From positions 1-51,980 of the IMG/VR virus record IMGVR_UViG_3300012943_000009: a stretch of DNA of 51,980 bases; one strand, given 5' to 3'. This document shows, in pieces, positions 27,263 to 37,422 of the stretch; within the stretch, counting starts at the first letter, position 1; each line of letters opens with the position of its first letter. A model generated the notes under the pieces. That model was not told where the DNA came from. It ran no database searches and saw nothing but the letters and a program-made list of their open reading frames with translations. The position numbers were made by a program, and so were the translations under genes. This DNA comes from a virus (Duplodnaviria > Caudoviricetes).

Positions 27263-27685
27263 ATGCAATCTCACGAAACAGGAGCCATCGAAGGAGTTCG
27301 GCAAGGCTCCGTAGTTGTTGTTCAGTCGGTGGTGCTCGATGCTTTGCTTTCGCCTCCGGCGTCTGCGACGAAGAAGCTGATCTCCATCCCTGCAACGCCA
27401 CAGAAGCCCGTGGCGTATAAACTGTCGACGGTTGTTCTCGCGCCCATCACGGGTTCCACAACCGCCAATCTTAACGTCGGTTCTTCCAATGGTGCTACGG
27501 ACTTGCTGACCTCTGACGCGAAAGCGGCGGCAGGCACAGCCAATCCTGCAACGGCACCTGTTGTCAAGGTCATCACCGCGAAGCTCGAAATTTGGGTGGG
27601 CTTCTCGTCGACTGGTCCGACGGCGACCGGAGGAAAGACCGCGGTCATCATCGAGCTCTACGAGCTCAACACCACGAAACCGTAA
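27263..27685 (+). CDS. Virion structural protein (minor capsid/decoration-like)
   Basis: Ala/Thr/Val-rich beta protein after the capsid gene. Confidence 0.6.
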   Translation: MQSHETGAIEGVRQGSVVVVQSVVLDALLSPPASATKKLISIPATPQKPVAYKLSTVVLAPITGSTTANLNVGSSNGATDLLTSDAKAAAGTANPATAPVVKVITAKLEIWVGFSSTGPTATGGKTAVIIELYELNTTKP

Positions 27686-27691
27686 CTCCCC

Positions 27692-27733
27692 GGGGTCGTC
27701 CCTCCGAAAGGAAGGGCGGCCCCACCACTTTTT
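27692..27733 (+). terminator. Intrinsic terminator
   Basis: GGGGTCGTCCCTCC-GAAA-GGAAGGGCGGCCCC followed by a T run that begins a palindrome copy. Confidence 0.7.
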
Positions 27734-27750
27734 GCAGCCCTGCAAATCTT

Positions 27751-27993
27751 ATGAACTCTAACATTATCTATCTCGGACCACAGGAAACTGTTGTCGGTGG
27801 CACGATCACTCGCCCTATCCTGATCATTCATGCTGAGTCTGATCTTGTGATCACAGGGCTGGTCTACATTCACCAAGCTGCCCCTGCTGCTCCCGGCAAG
27901 GTTGCTGCATTCACTCTTGGCGCAGGCCGGTATCTGACCCACGTCAAAGGGTTGACTTTCACCGGCACGGCAACAATCATCTACAAAAACTGA
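27751..27993 (+). CDS. Small structural protein
   Basis: ATG 27751, 4 nt after a palindrome copy. Confidence 0.6.
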   Translation: MNSNIIYLGPQETVVGGTITRPILIIHAESDLVITGLVYIHQAAPAAPGKVAAFTLGAGRYLTHVKGLTFTGTATIIYKN

Positions 27994-27994
27994 C

Positions 27995-28135
27995 ATGGCC
28001 GGAACCCTCACTCTCTTCTCGGGAAAAGCCTCCGCGGGTGGAGGCGAGCCTCCTACAACTCAACCCGTCGACTGGACGCGGGCGGACATCCTTTGGTCAA
28101 ACGCAGCTATCACTTGGGAAACCACTGAATACTGA
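27995..28135 (+). CDS. 46-aa hypothetical protein
   Basis: MAGTLTLFSG...WTRADILWSNAAITWETTEY; TGATG coupling to the next gene. Confidence 0.55.
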   Translation: MAGTLTLFSGKASAGGGEPPTTQPVDWTRADILWSNAAITWETTEY

Positions 28136-28671
28136 TGAAACAAGTTATCAACGCAACTGACAATCTTCCGATCAGCCTTCCGAAGATCAACGCCAACTTC
28201 ACCGAACTCTACGACCGTCCAATCGGGGGTGATGCAGGTAATCCTCGTGGCAATCTCGACGATGCAGTTTCGGTTCGTGCTACCAACAGCCTTGCGTTTT
28301 CTGCAGGTGTCGCGAAACAAATGTTGTTCGACACCAAAGACAACGACGTCAACAATCGTTTCGCCTCCAATGCCTACACCGTCGCAGCAGCGGGTTGGTA
28401 TCAACTCACTTGCCTGTTCTACACCATAGTGACTGGCGGTGCCGGAACTGAAATCTTCGCGGAGCTTTTTGTCAATGGAGTTGCACGCAAACGCCTTGCG
28501 GATGTCGTCACTGTTACCGTCAATCAGAACTGCTACGCCTTTGGTGTTGGCTCGTTCTACCTCAACGCGGGGGATGTTCTCACGTTGTGGACTACCTCGA
28601 CGGCAACAGGTGACACCTTCGTTGCTGGTGGTTCGCTGTCTCAGCCACAGTGGGTTATCGTTCCGCTCTAG
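28135..28671 (+). CDS. Fibre/spike protein with a C1q-like C-terminal domain
   Basis: KINANFTELY anchor; FDT...F..NAYTVAAAGWYQLT...LNAGDVLTL. Confidence 0.65.
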   Translation: MKQVINATDNLPISLPKINANFTELYDRPIGGDAGNPRGNLDDAVSVRATNSLAFSAGVAKQMLFDTKDNDVNNRFASNAYTVAAAGWYQLTCLFYTIVTGGAGTEIFAELFVNGVARKRLADVVTVTVNQNCYAFGVGSFYLNAGDVLTLWTTSTATGDTFVAGGSLSQPQWVIVPL

Positions 28672-28691
28672 TCTTTGCAGCCCTGCAAATC

Positions 28692-28817
28692 ATGAAAGCG
28701 ATCGCGATGCTGTTCTTAATCCCTTTCCTTTCAGGATGCACGCACATTTCGATCACACATACTGAGGAGACTGCGGCCTTGCGTGCTATTCGGCTTCAAC
28801 CACTCAACGAAAAATGA
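28692..28817 (+). CDS. 41-aa lipoprotein
   Basis: MKAIAMLFLIPFLSG-C lipobox; ATGA overlap with the next gene. Confidence 0.6.
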   Translation: MKAIAMLFLIPFLSGCTHISITHTEETAALRAIRLQPLNEK

Positions 28818-29395
28818 CTAAGCTTCAATTACGTAACGCTATTAAGCGTGAGGCTCGTGTTCAAGCGAATGCGAATCTCGATCCGCTGATCGACGATATC
28901 GTCGTTGATATCCTTCGTGACTTCTGCAATCTCGCTCGGTATCACGAGCTTCTGAAAGTAGGGGTTGCTATTCCGCTTGTCGATCATCAGCAGGCTTATC
29001 AGCTGCCTGCTGATTGCGGCAATCTCGCAGTGCTGCGGTATGGTCGCGGGCCTGTTCCGCATGTTTATCGTGAACTCATGCTGCAAACGGATAACGTGCG
29101 ACAGACTTCTCGCAATGGATATCCTCGGTTCTATCGTTTCATCCAAGGCAATCAGATTTCGTTCTGGCCTTACTATGACATCGCTGTCGCCGATGAACTT
29201 CTTATTGATTACTACGTCGATCCACTCACGCTGTTCGTATTGGATACCGACGTATTCCCTGTTGATCGTTTGGAATCTGCTGTGAAGAAAGCCGCGATTG
29301 CTCGCGTGCAACGTTTCCACTCTTCCAACGAAGAAGCCAACATGACTCAAAACGATACGAGTCGCTCGTTCTCTGCTGCTGATGGAGCCGCGTAA
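28814..29395 (+). CDS. Head-tail adaptor / tail tubular protein A-like
   Basis: MT..QLR..I N-terminus, Y.LP.D and FWP motifs; size and synteny. Confidence 0.65.
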   Translation: MTKLQLRNAIKREARVQANANLDPLIDDIVVDILRDFCNLARYHELLKVGVAIPLVDHQQAYQLPADCGNLAVLRYGRGPVPHVYRELMLQTDNVRQTSRNGYPRFYRFIQGNQISFWPYYDIAVADELLIDYYVDPLTLFVLDTDVFPVDRLESAVKKAAIARVQRFHSSNEEANMTQNDTSRSFSAADGAA

Positions 29396-30498
29396 TGTCC
29401 CGTCGAGAGACACAGATTCAGCCGCTTTCTCTACTTACGGTAGGTGGAGTAAATCAGCGTGTTCGTTCGACTGAACTACAGCCGCACGAATACGTCACCT
29501 TAGAGGGAGTCTTTCCGGAATTTGCAGGGCTGCAAAGCCGTATTTGGGGCAAACGTTTGCTCCAGAAATACCCCGGTCCTATCTTCGGAATCTATCAGTT
29601 CTGGACTCCACAGGGATATGGCGGAGGACTGTATCAGTTCCAAGACACGATTGATTTCGGATACTGGCTAACGCCTTACGCACGGTTTGATTTCTCTCTT
29701 CCCTCGTTAGATTTTGATGGAGGAGGAATGACTCTCGATGATTTCGGGAATGGGTATGGAGAGAACTTCGGCTACGGTGACGTCAACACTTGCGTGCTGT
29801 CTTTTCTCGAGGGTGGCACGGACCACTCTGCCTGCGCTCCCCCACCTGCTCCAGCCGGAACTCCCGACGATTCCAACGGGGGTCCTGCTGGGCAGGGACG
29901 TAATTGCAAATGGGTAGGCGGATCGGGTGCTGAAGAAGAGTATCTTCTCGCAGACTTCTTTGTGAGTGGAACGATGCAGAGGTCAACTCCGGGAGAGGTT
30001 AATGAAGAACTGTGGAGAGTTTCTCCCCCACCTGATCCTCCTACTCCCCTAGAGCCTTTCCCTATCGCACTTAGAGATTATCATGCTATCACATTTGAGC
30101 CTGCTGCCTCAAATGTGTATAACATTTCATGGCAAACTTTCAGAAACACTCAGGCTATTTTCAATGTCTATCATGAGTGGTCGGCATTTTCTCACACTGT
30201 GCTTAAAGGAACTCAAGGGGATTACGATATTACAAGCCTAGTTACACCGGGCTTGGTATCTCTTCGGTTGCGGATTTTTCTTTCTCGTGGATCGCCATAT
30301 GCCGATGAGCCAATCGAAGTTGCAGTGCCGATTCCAGAACCGGACCCTAGCGGTAACTATATCGTGCATCTGAGTGGACAGAATTACCAGTTTGAGAACA
30401 TTCCTTATTTGAATAGCGATCACGGTTATAGACAGGATGTAGCCACTAGCTATGCAGAAAATTTAATCGCCACTTATAGCGCACGCGTCTGCACATGA
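29395..30498 (+). CDS. Tail-associated protein
   Basis: N-terminal GGVNQR motif; AT-richer C-terminal half. Confidence 0.55.
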   Translation: MSRRETQIQPLSLLTVGGVNQRVRSTELQPHEYVTLEGVFPEFAGLQSRIWGKRLLQKYPGPIFGIYQFWTPQGYGGGLYQFQDTIDFGYWLTPYARFDFSLPSLDFDGGGMTLDDFGNGYGENFGYGDVNTCVLSFLEGGTDHSACAPPPAPAGTPDDSNGGPAGQGRNCKWVGGSGAEEEYLLADFFVSGTMQRSTPGEVNEELWRVSPPPDPPTPLEPFPIALRDYHAITFEPAASNVYNISWQTFRNTQAIFNVYHEWSAFSHTVLKGTQGDYDITSLVTPGLVSLRLRIFLSRGSPYADEPIEVAVPIPEPDPSGNYIVHLSGQNYQFENIPYLNSDHGYRQDVATSYAENLIATYSARVCT

Positions 30499-31541
30499 GC
30501 ACGAGAGAAACATTAGGACCAATCAGTTTGCAGCAGTGGAAAGGTGTCGATCAACGCACTTCTCCTACGCTCGTGCAGTCCGGTTTCTTCGTGATGTCTC
30601 GCGGAGTTTTCTTCGGCTTAGGAGATAACGCTGAGCGCATTCCCGGTAAGAAGCTAGTGATTCGACTGGATGATCCAGTCCTCAATATCTTTCAGTTTGA
30701 AGAGAATGTAATCCTCCAGACAGCAGATAGCGTTATGTTCTGCACAGTGGAGGAACTGACTGACTTTGCGATAGCAATTCGGCCTCACGTGCCGGTAGCT
30801 CCGACGTTTAGTTCCGTAAGTAATACGTCCTTGAATGTCGTGTTGCCCGTTTTGTCTGCCTTTGCACTTACCTTGAATTTACAGAAGTCGTTAGATGGAA
30901 TGTCTTGGACTACTGAAGGAACAGGTTTTGCAGGGCTGCAAATCATTCCTCAGACTGGTCTTACTCCTTCTACGACTTACTACTATCGAGCGATTGCTGT
31001 CAATACAGCAGGCACTACAGAGGGAGTTTCCTCAAGTGTAATCACTACCTCAACCCCTGTAACTCCCTCTAACTTAGAAGAAGATATGAGCCAAGCACTT
31101 TTAGAATATCAAGCAGCAGCCGGAAGTATTCTGGCAAGCACGACCGGAGGCTGGAAGACTGTTCCTATCAATGCAGTGACCAGCGATCCTGATGCAATCA
31201 TCATGGTTTTGGCGTCTAACGTAATCACCCTGGACGCAGGGGCTTATCGCTGGAAATCCTATCTCAGCTTGAAGGGAGGCGATCGCGGAAAGACTCGTAT
31301 CTACGATGTCACTAATGCTGTGGAGTTGAAGAGGGGAATGAACTGCTTGGCAAACTCACCTAATGAAAGTGCTATAAGTTTTATTCAACATCGCTTTGTT
31401 TTGTCTGCAATGACAAACATTCGTTTCGAGTATCTGACCTCTACCGCACAGGCAGAAGGCTTGCTCTATTACGCTCCGTTCCCTTCAGGTTCTGGAGGAA
31501 TTGAAACTGGTGCTCAGATCGAAATTCTGAAAGAATCTTAA
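30495..31541 (+). CDS. Tail-associated protein with a fibronectin type III domain
   Basis: TGLTPSTTYYYRAIAVNTAG FN3 signature; N-terminus similar to the preceding gene. Confidence 0.65.
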   Translation: MSTRETLGPISLQQWKGVDQRTSPTLVQSGFFVMSRGVFFGLGDNAERIPGKKLVIRLDDPVLNIFQFEENVILQTADSVMFCTVEELTDFAIAIRPHVPVAPTFSSVSNTSLNVVLPVLSAFALTLNLQKSLDGMSWTTEGTGFAGLQIIPQTGLTPSTTYYYRAIAVNTAGTTEGVSSSVITTSTPVTPSNLEEDMSQALLEYQAAAGSILASTTGGWKTVPINAVTSDPDAIIMVLASNVITLDAGAYRWKSYLSLKGGDRGKTRIYDVTNAVELKRGMNCLANSPNESAISFIQHRFVLSAMTNIRFEYLTSTAQAEGLLYYAPFPSGSGGIETGAQIEILKES

Positions 31542-31562
31542 TTTGCAGCCCTGCAAAATCTT

Positions 31563-33731
31563 ATGGCATTACAAACCATCATCGTAGATGCTCAGAGTCG
31601 AGTTAAGGACTCCTATGCGTCTAGCCCTGCCGTCGGTCTAGCTGTTCGCGCCAATGGTGAAGAAGTAGTCAAGATCATTGATGGACGTGGGAATGTCTAT
31701 CGTGCAGGTTTTGACGCACCCACCATTGCTCCTACCGTGACCGATGACGGTCCCGGTCTGCTGCCTAACGCGCGCTGGGCTGCATACCTTTATGTATATG
31801 CTTCGAGCCGTTTCTCTTTTGTGGAGTCTGATCTGGCAGTGGATGGGAAGCTGTATCCACGGAGTAATCCTTCTCCTGCAACAGCTTATCAATACGTAGG
31901 ATCAGGCAGCCGCAAAGTAGCAGGGACCGTAACCAAGACTACGGCTCCCGGAATTGATAGGATTTGGATTTTCCGCACTACCTTCTTCGATACGGAGATT
32001 GAAGCACAGACCGCAGGAGCCGCGGGCCAAGCTTTCTTTATTGCCGAAGTTCCAAATGACGGAATTGCAGGGCTGCAAAACTGGACTGACAACAACCCTG
32101 TGGATTCTGCGGACCAAGTGCAGCTGGATAATTACACTGCTGCGCAGTTCCAGTTCACTGTTTATTACGATCCTTACTGGTGGGGATTTGGCAACCTGCC
32201 TTTCGTTGCCGAAGCTACATGGACTGTTGGTGGCATCATCACCATTACTGCTCCCGACAAATGGTATGACGGACGCAATGGACAAAACCTTACGTTGGAA
32301 GATGTATCGACAGGAGGGTCTGACAACAACGGAACCTTCCGTTTTAAATGGCTTTCTAATACAACTGCACAGGCAACGCTGGATGGGACAACACCTGCCG
32401 CGATACCTGTCGCAGGTGCAGGTAAGGTGACGATTCAGGGGCCAGCAACGACTTTGTATCGCAGCAAACCACGTAATCCATTCTCTTGGGGATGGACTGA
32501 AATCATAGGAGATATCAATGTTCCACAGCAATACGCCTTCAAAGTCGGCGGTGGATTGGGAACCGCTCTCGCGACCGTTCCTAATAACGCAACTCTCAAA
32601 CTCGATTGTGAATATCCGACGAAATGTTTTACTCTCAATCTGCGGTCTGCGGGAACTACCGCCTTCGAGAGCACGCTGCGTATTATCTCTGACGTATATT
32701 CAGTTAGTGCGAATGCGTCGCAGTTCGCAGCGGTGACGCAGGAAGGACAGACCGTGCTTTGGGGATTGGACTATAAAAACTTCTCGATCGTTCAGTGCGA
32801 TGGTATCTCGCAGATTCCTGTGTCCGGTCCTATCCCGAAAGTATTGCGCGCGCTCACTACGGATCGCACCCGCCAGCTTCTTGCACATGGCGTGTATGAT
32901 CCGAGGACAGAGTTGAACTGCATTTGGGTAAGCACAGTGCAATCATTGTCGCTGGTGAATTATCTTATCTATCAACATGCGCCCACTGGCTTTTGGGGAT
33001 TCTCAAACGAACAAGACTTGCTGTGCTCCGCCATGATTCAAGACACGCTAACGGGCAATGCCAAAACATTTGTCGGCACGCAAACTGGCTTCCTTGGCCA
33101 AGCGTTCGTCGATCAAGTGTGGAACAACTGGCTGCCCGACACCGGCGCATTCACTGGAGTTTGCACTGCTGCAACTGCGAATAGTCTGACTACTGCTGCT
33201 GTATTCAACATTGAAGATGATGGCATCGTGGGAAATTGGGTAATGGTCACTGATCCTACCGGACAGCAAGAGCAGATGGGACGAGTGTCCGCGGTCACGT
33301 CTAATCAACTTACCTTTGATTGGATTCGCCCTCTCATGGGAGGTAACACTACAGCTTTCAATCCTGTTCCTGCCGCGGGTTGGAAGTTCCACATTGGTCT
33401 GATCGAATGCCGCCTGCTCAAATACTTCGACTTCAATCAGCCGCAAACTGATAAGCAGTTGATGGAAATGTGGCTGACGCAGGAGAACGTAGACTCCGCT
33501 ACAGCGGGGACGCTCATTCGTTGGTATCGTGAACGAGCCAACACGTATCAGCAATTTGCAGCCCTGCAAAACCAATACGGCATCAACGTCAACGAGCCGT
33601 CTGATTCTTGGTTCGCACAAGAAGAAGTGCCCGCAGAACTGGTGAAAATGTTTGGTCTTGAGATTATCAATCGTGGATACCAGCAATGGCGTTTCGTGAA
33701 CATGGTGCTCAAGCCCCGCCTGAATCCTTAA
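31563..33731 (+). CDS. Tail nozzle / tubular protein B-like
   Basis: 722 aa, beta-rich, AHGVYDPR motif, podovirus synteny. Confidence 0.55.
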   Translation: MALQTIIVDAQSRVKDSYASSPAVGLAVRANGEEVVKIIDGRGNVYRAGFDAPTIAPTVTDDGPGLLPNARWAAYLYVYASSRFSFVESDLAVDGKLYPRSNPSPATAYQYVGSGSRKVAGTVTKTTAPGIDRIWIFRTTFFDTEIEAQTAGAAGQAFFIAEVPNDGIAGLQNWTDNNPVDSADQVQLDNYTAAQFQFTVYYDPYWWGFGNLPFVAEATWTVGGIITITAPDKWYDGRNGQNLTLEDVSTGGSDNNGTFRFKWLSNTTAQATLDGTTPAAIPVAGAGKVTIQGPATTLYRSKPRNPFSWGWTEIIGDINVPQQYAFKVGGGLGTALATVPNNATLKLDCEYPTKCFTLNLRSAGTTAFESTLRIISDVYSVSANASQFAAVTQEGQTVLWGLDYKNFSIVQCDGISQIPVSGPIPKVLRALTTDRTRQLLAHGVYDPRTELNCIWVSTVQSLSLVNYLIYQHAPTGFWGFSNEQDLLCSAMIQDTLTGNAKTFVGTQTGFLGQAFVDQVWNNWLPDTGAFTGVCTAATANSLTTAAVFNIEDDGIVGNWVMVTDPTGQQEQMGRVSAVTSNQLTFDWIRPLMGGNTTAFNPVPAAGWKFHIGLIECRLLKYFDFNQPQTDKQLMEMWLTQENVDSATAGTLIRWYRERANTYQQFAALQNQYGINVNEPSDSWFAQEEVPAELVKMFGLEIINRGYQQWRFVNMVLKPRLNP

Positions 33732-33746
33732 TCCCTTTCCTTTCAG

Positions 33747-34502
33747 ATGTCCCGCGTCTATCTCGATTCTAGCTTAAAGAACTTTGATCCTCGTCTTTTG
33801 AAGGCGGGGATTGAAACTATCTTTCAGCAGCTTGAAGATCAGCTGAATGCAGGCACCGATATCGTTACGCTGACTGACACGAAACAAACTTTGCCTGTAG
33901 GAATGCAGCGTGGAGATATTGTATTCAACATTCAGCGTGGAGAATTACTGATCGGCGTCTACAATGGTGCTGATGTTTTCTATGCAAGCTTCGGCTCATT
34001 TACCGGAGCAATTACTGATGCGCAGCATGGCACTCGCGCAGGTGGAAATTTACATCCAGTTGTAACCACTTCGGTAGCAGGCTTCATGCACCCTGCTGAC
34101 AAGGCAAAGCTGGATGGCGTAGTTTCATCTAACATTGCGCCTCTCGTTGTTGCATCTTGGCAATACTATTCAACTTCCGCGACACCTACTGCGAATAACC
34201 ATTTTCATTTTAACAACTCATCTTATGGTTCGGTCACAGAGCTTTACGCTACGCGCATCGGTGACGCGAACCAAGATTGGTCGTTGGTCATGGACAATCT
34301 CATTTCAGGTAATCGAATCACAATTCAAGATGCCAATGATTCTTTGCGCTGGGTGAAGTTTGCGGTCACTGGTCCTCCTACTTCTCTCCCCTCCGGCACC
34401 GGAAGTTATTACACAATTCCCGTCACAATGGTTAGTGAATCGGGAGCACTCATCGCCAACAACCAAACCGCTTCAGTCGGTTTCACTTTCTCCGCATCAT
34501 GA
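33747..34502 (+). CDS. Tail fibre-like protein
   Basis: AGFMHPADKAKLDG fibre motif followed by a beta-rich C-terminal domain. Confidence 0.6.
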   Translation: MSRVYLDSSLKNFDPRLLKAGIETIFQQLEDQLNAGTDIVTLTDTKQTLPVGMQRGDIVFNIQRGELLIGVYNGADVFYASFGSFTGAITDAQHGTRAGGNLHPVVTTSVAGFMHPADKAKLDGVVSSNIAPLVVASWQYYSTSATPTANNHFHFNNSSYGSVTELYATRIGDANQDWSLVMDNLISGNRITIQDANDSLRWVKFAVTGPPTSLPSGTGSYYTIPVTMVSESGALIANNQTASVGFTFSAS

Positions 34503-34539
34503 GCGCGACCGATAACACAAAACAGACACATCAACTATT

Positions 34540-35181
34540 ATGAATGATACACCTACACCTGAGACATTCGGACCACCTTGGATTCCTCCTTCTACGGGGT
34601 ATCCTACAGATGAGGCCGATAATAAAAGCCGTCAATTTCCTCTGGATTCTATTCCTCAATACCCTCTTTTAAAGAAGCTTATTCCGCAATGGATGGGTGC
34701 GCGTAATAGCTTGACTGGAAGGGGGCCGTCTCAAGGATACGTATGGGGCAGTCCAACTGAAAGTTACGGTAATACTGTTGATTATTCTAGTGCTCGTGGA
34801 GATTCAAATTATTTTGGAATGTCCAATGATATGGCTGCGCGAGCAGCGCAAAATGATCCTGATGCTATGGGCGGCTTAGGTTACGGGTTGGCACGGCACT
34901 ATCAAGATATGTATGGGCGGGCGTCCTCAGCCCCATCAACGTGGGACAATCCATCTGTGGGATTTTTCATGCAAGATATCGACGCGAGGCGGAACACAAG
35001 CCGTAATTTTGCTCCTCTATATGAGCAGGAGCAAGCAGCAGGCAGAGCGCCTCAAAGTTTCTTTGCTCCTGCCTATGTCGAGGAGGCAGCTATTATGAGG
35101 AGACTTGCTCGAATGTATGCAAGCGTGCAAAATGCAGAAGCACAGCAGCAGAAATACGCTCCTGAATTACGTCCACACTAA
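34540..35181 (+). CDS. Hypothetical protein (possible internal virion protein)
   Basis: Synteny only. Confidence 0.55.
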   Translation: MNDTPTPETFGPPWIPPSTGYPTDEADNKSRQFPLDSIPQYPLLKKLIPQWMGARNSLTGRGPSQGYVWGSPTESYGNTVDYSSARGDSNYFGMSNDMAARAAQNDPDAMGGLGYGLARHYQDMYGRASSAPSTWDNPSVGFFMQDIDARRNTSRNFAPLYEQEQAAGRAPQSFFAPAYVEEAAIMRRLARMYASVQNAEAQQQKYAPELRPH

Positions 35182-35194
35182 CTAGCCAATCACT

Positions 35195-36058
35195 ATGAGC
35201 AACATCTACAACGTCTACGATTCCACCGGGAAGAGTCTCTACTCGGGCAACAATGCCTCGAAGTATCAGTCGGCTTTTGCAGGGCTGCAAAAAGCAAATC
35301 CGCCCTCGGCTTTCGGCGGGCCTGCTTCTGTGCCCGGCATTAACAACATCGAACTGCCAAGCTGGATGGGTAAGAATCCTGACTCGCAGATCGGAGAGTT
35401 GCTGCAAAGCTACTCCAACATCGGAGCGGCTTTCGATCCTTCAGGGCAAGTTGCTGCACGCAACAACGCCATCGGTTATAATACCAGCGCAGGCAATCAA
35501 GCGGCTAACAATGCAGCGACTGAATATTCCAACCGTGCTTCACAGAGCGGAGCTAGCGGGCTGGGTGCTGGTGCTGTTAGAGCGCAAGCTCTGATGCCAG
35601 TGTTCGCTCAGAACGCAGCCTTGAAGAATGATGCCGCGGACGTTGCAGCCAAGGCGCATCAAGAGGGAGCTACGCTGGCTAGCCAGATCGCCAGCACTAT
35701 CGGGCAGCTTCGCACAAGTTATCTCTCATCCTTGACCAGCTACGCGCAGGGTCAGCAAGGGTTAGCTCTGGAGAAATACAAAGCCGAGCAGAGTGCTGCC
35801 GCAGCTAACGCGCAGAATCAACTTGGATATGCACAGTTGCAAGCGCAGCAATACCAACAGTCGCAGGCGATGAAGCAGCAGAACAGCGGCAACGCTTTGA
35901 GCGCAGCCAACTCCCTCTTGGGAATCGCACAGCCGGGAGGCGCTTACACTATGAACAATCAAGGCCAAGTTACTAATGGCTTGGACTACTACAACCAGCT
36001 GAAAGATTGGCGATCGAATCGTAATACAGCGCAGAATGCGTTGCTTGGAATGCTTTAA
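35195..36058 (+). CDS. Internal virion / ejection protein
   Basis: Ala/Gln/Asn-rich helical protein before the giant gene. Confidence 0.6.
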   Translation: MSNIYNVYDSTGKSLYSGNNASKYQSAFAGLQKANPPSAFGGPASVPGINNIELPSWMGKNPDSQIGELLQSYSNIGAAFDPSGQVAARNNAIGYNTSAGNQAANNAATEYSNRASQSGASGLGAGAVRAQALMPVFAQNAALKNDAADVAAKAHQEGATLASQIASTIGQLRTSYLSSLTSYAQGQQGLALEKYKAEQSAAAANAQNQLGYAQLQAQQYQQSQAMKQQNSGNALSAANSLLGIAQPGGAYTMNNQGQVTNGLDYYNQLKDWRSNRNTAQNALLGML

Positions 36059-36084
36059 TTTGCAGCCCTGCAAAAACCAAACAT

Positions 36085-37419
36085 ATGAACTTTAATGTAA
36101 ATAGGCCTGCCTCTTTGGGGCAGATCGCAGCACTCTATAACCAGCGGGGAGTGACACCGGATCAAGTCGACTCGGACTTGATGATGAACGCCCCTCAAGG
36201 TTACAGCTACATTCAACAGCAAGCTCGCGCGCAGGGTATTAACAACCCTGCTGAGTATTTCCGCCAGAAGCAGCTAGCTACGCAGATGGCAAACACTCCT
36301 ACGTATCAGATGCAGGAGGATGCTCGGATGCGTCGTGCCAATGCGCTCGAAGCAGCGCAGACAGCAGAGCAGCAACATCTTGCGACTGCGAGAGCAGCCT
36401 ACATGGAAAAGCAATACCCGATTCCGACAATTGGAACGCAGCCCGAGTTTTCACCTATGGAGCAGCAAGATATGACCAGCAGGGGAATTACTAATCCTAT
36501 GGAGTATCTTGTTCGTCGGCGTCTGGCATTGAGCGGAGCGGGTGCGCAAGCGGGCAAATACATGCAGTCCTTGCCGGACATGATGCAGCATCTTCCGAAG
36601 ACCGGGGAGCTATTCAACAACACACAATTCAAAAACATGGCGGCGAGGAACCCTGAGCTTGCTTCACAGTTCTTTCAAGGCATGACTGGAAGCAACTTGG
36701 ACAATTATACTAAGGTGAACACCGCCAATCAACTCGCCATGACTAAGGCCGGCGTGGAGGATTTGCACGATGCCTTGGCCAAGCAGCACGCCCGTATCAA
36801 TGAAGCGGGAGAAGTCGAGTGGAGCAAGATGCGGTTCGATGAAGTATCGAACAAGATGGTGCCTACTGGTGTGTTTGGTCCCGGTGATATCTTCCAGAAG
36901 TCACGCGAGAAATACCTTGGCAACATCGATTCTGACATCATCGAAATGCAGCAGCTTGCTGCCCGCAAAGCTCGTGAAGGTCGTGCCGCCGGAGCAAGAG
37001 CCGGAACTGGTTTTGCAGGGCTGCAAAATCCTGCAAGGCCAGTAGATGCAGCACAGCAACGTGCTCTGGCTACAGGTAATGCATATACTCCAATTGAATC
37101 TCACGACGAGTATGCTCCCTACATGGTTCCAAAAATGGCCGAGCCTACTTTCGCAGAAGGCTATCGGGGCGTTTACAATCAGTATCAACACCTGCTGAGT
37201 TCGATGGGTGTAAAGCCTGAATACTACGGGAGTGAAGCTCCGTTACAACTGAACAACGAAGCGCTCTCGTTCATGACTACGCCTACCTACAAAGCATGGG
37301 CACGCAATAATCCAGCGAAAGCCCGACAGCGCCTGTTGGAGTTGCAGGAAGGACGTGATGTCCGAAACACTCCTTTGATGGGCAGTGATCCGCTACAAGG
37401 TTCCTACAGCAATTTCTAA
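36085..37419 (+). CDS. Internal virion / ejection protein
   Basis: Gln/Met/Ala-rich helical protein; synteny. Confidence 0.55.
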   Translation: MNFNVNRPASLGQIAALYNQRGVTPDQVDSDLMMNAPQGYSYIQQQARAQGINNPAEYFRQKQLATQMANTPTYQMQEDARMRRANALEAAQTAEQQHLATARAAYMEKQYPIPTIGTQPEFSPMEQQDMTSRGITNPMEYLVRRRLALSGAGAQAGKYMQSLPDMMQHLPKTGELFNNTQFKNMAARNPELASQFFQGMTGSNLDNYTKVNTANQLAMTKAGVEDLHDALAKQHARINEAGEVEWSKMRFDEVSNKMVPTGVFGPGDIFQKSREKYLGNIDSDIIEMQQLAARKAREGRAAGARAGTGFAGLQNPARPVDAAQQRALATGNAYTPIESHDEYAPYMVPKMAEPTFAEGYRGVYNQYQHLLSSMGVKPEYYGSEAPLQLNNEALSFMTTPTYKAWARNNPAKARQRLLELQEGRDVRNTPLMGSDPLQGSYSNF

Positions 37420-37422
37420 ATT

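Noticed and set aside
33731-33749. TTTCCTTTCAG as a spliceosomal 3' splice site
   Set aside because: The genome is a bacteriophage with uninterrupted ORFs, and the motif occurs in both orientations relative to genes.
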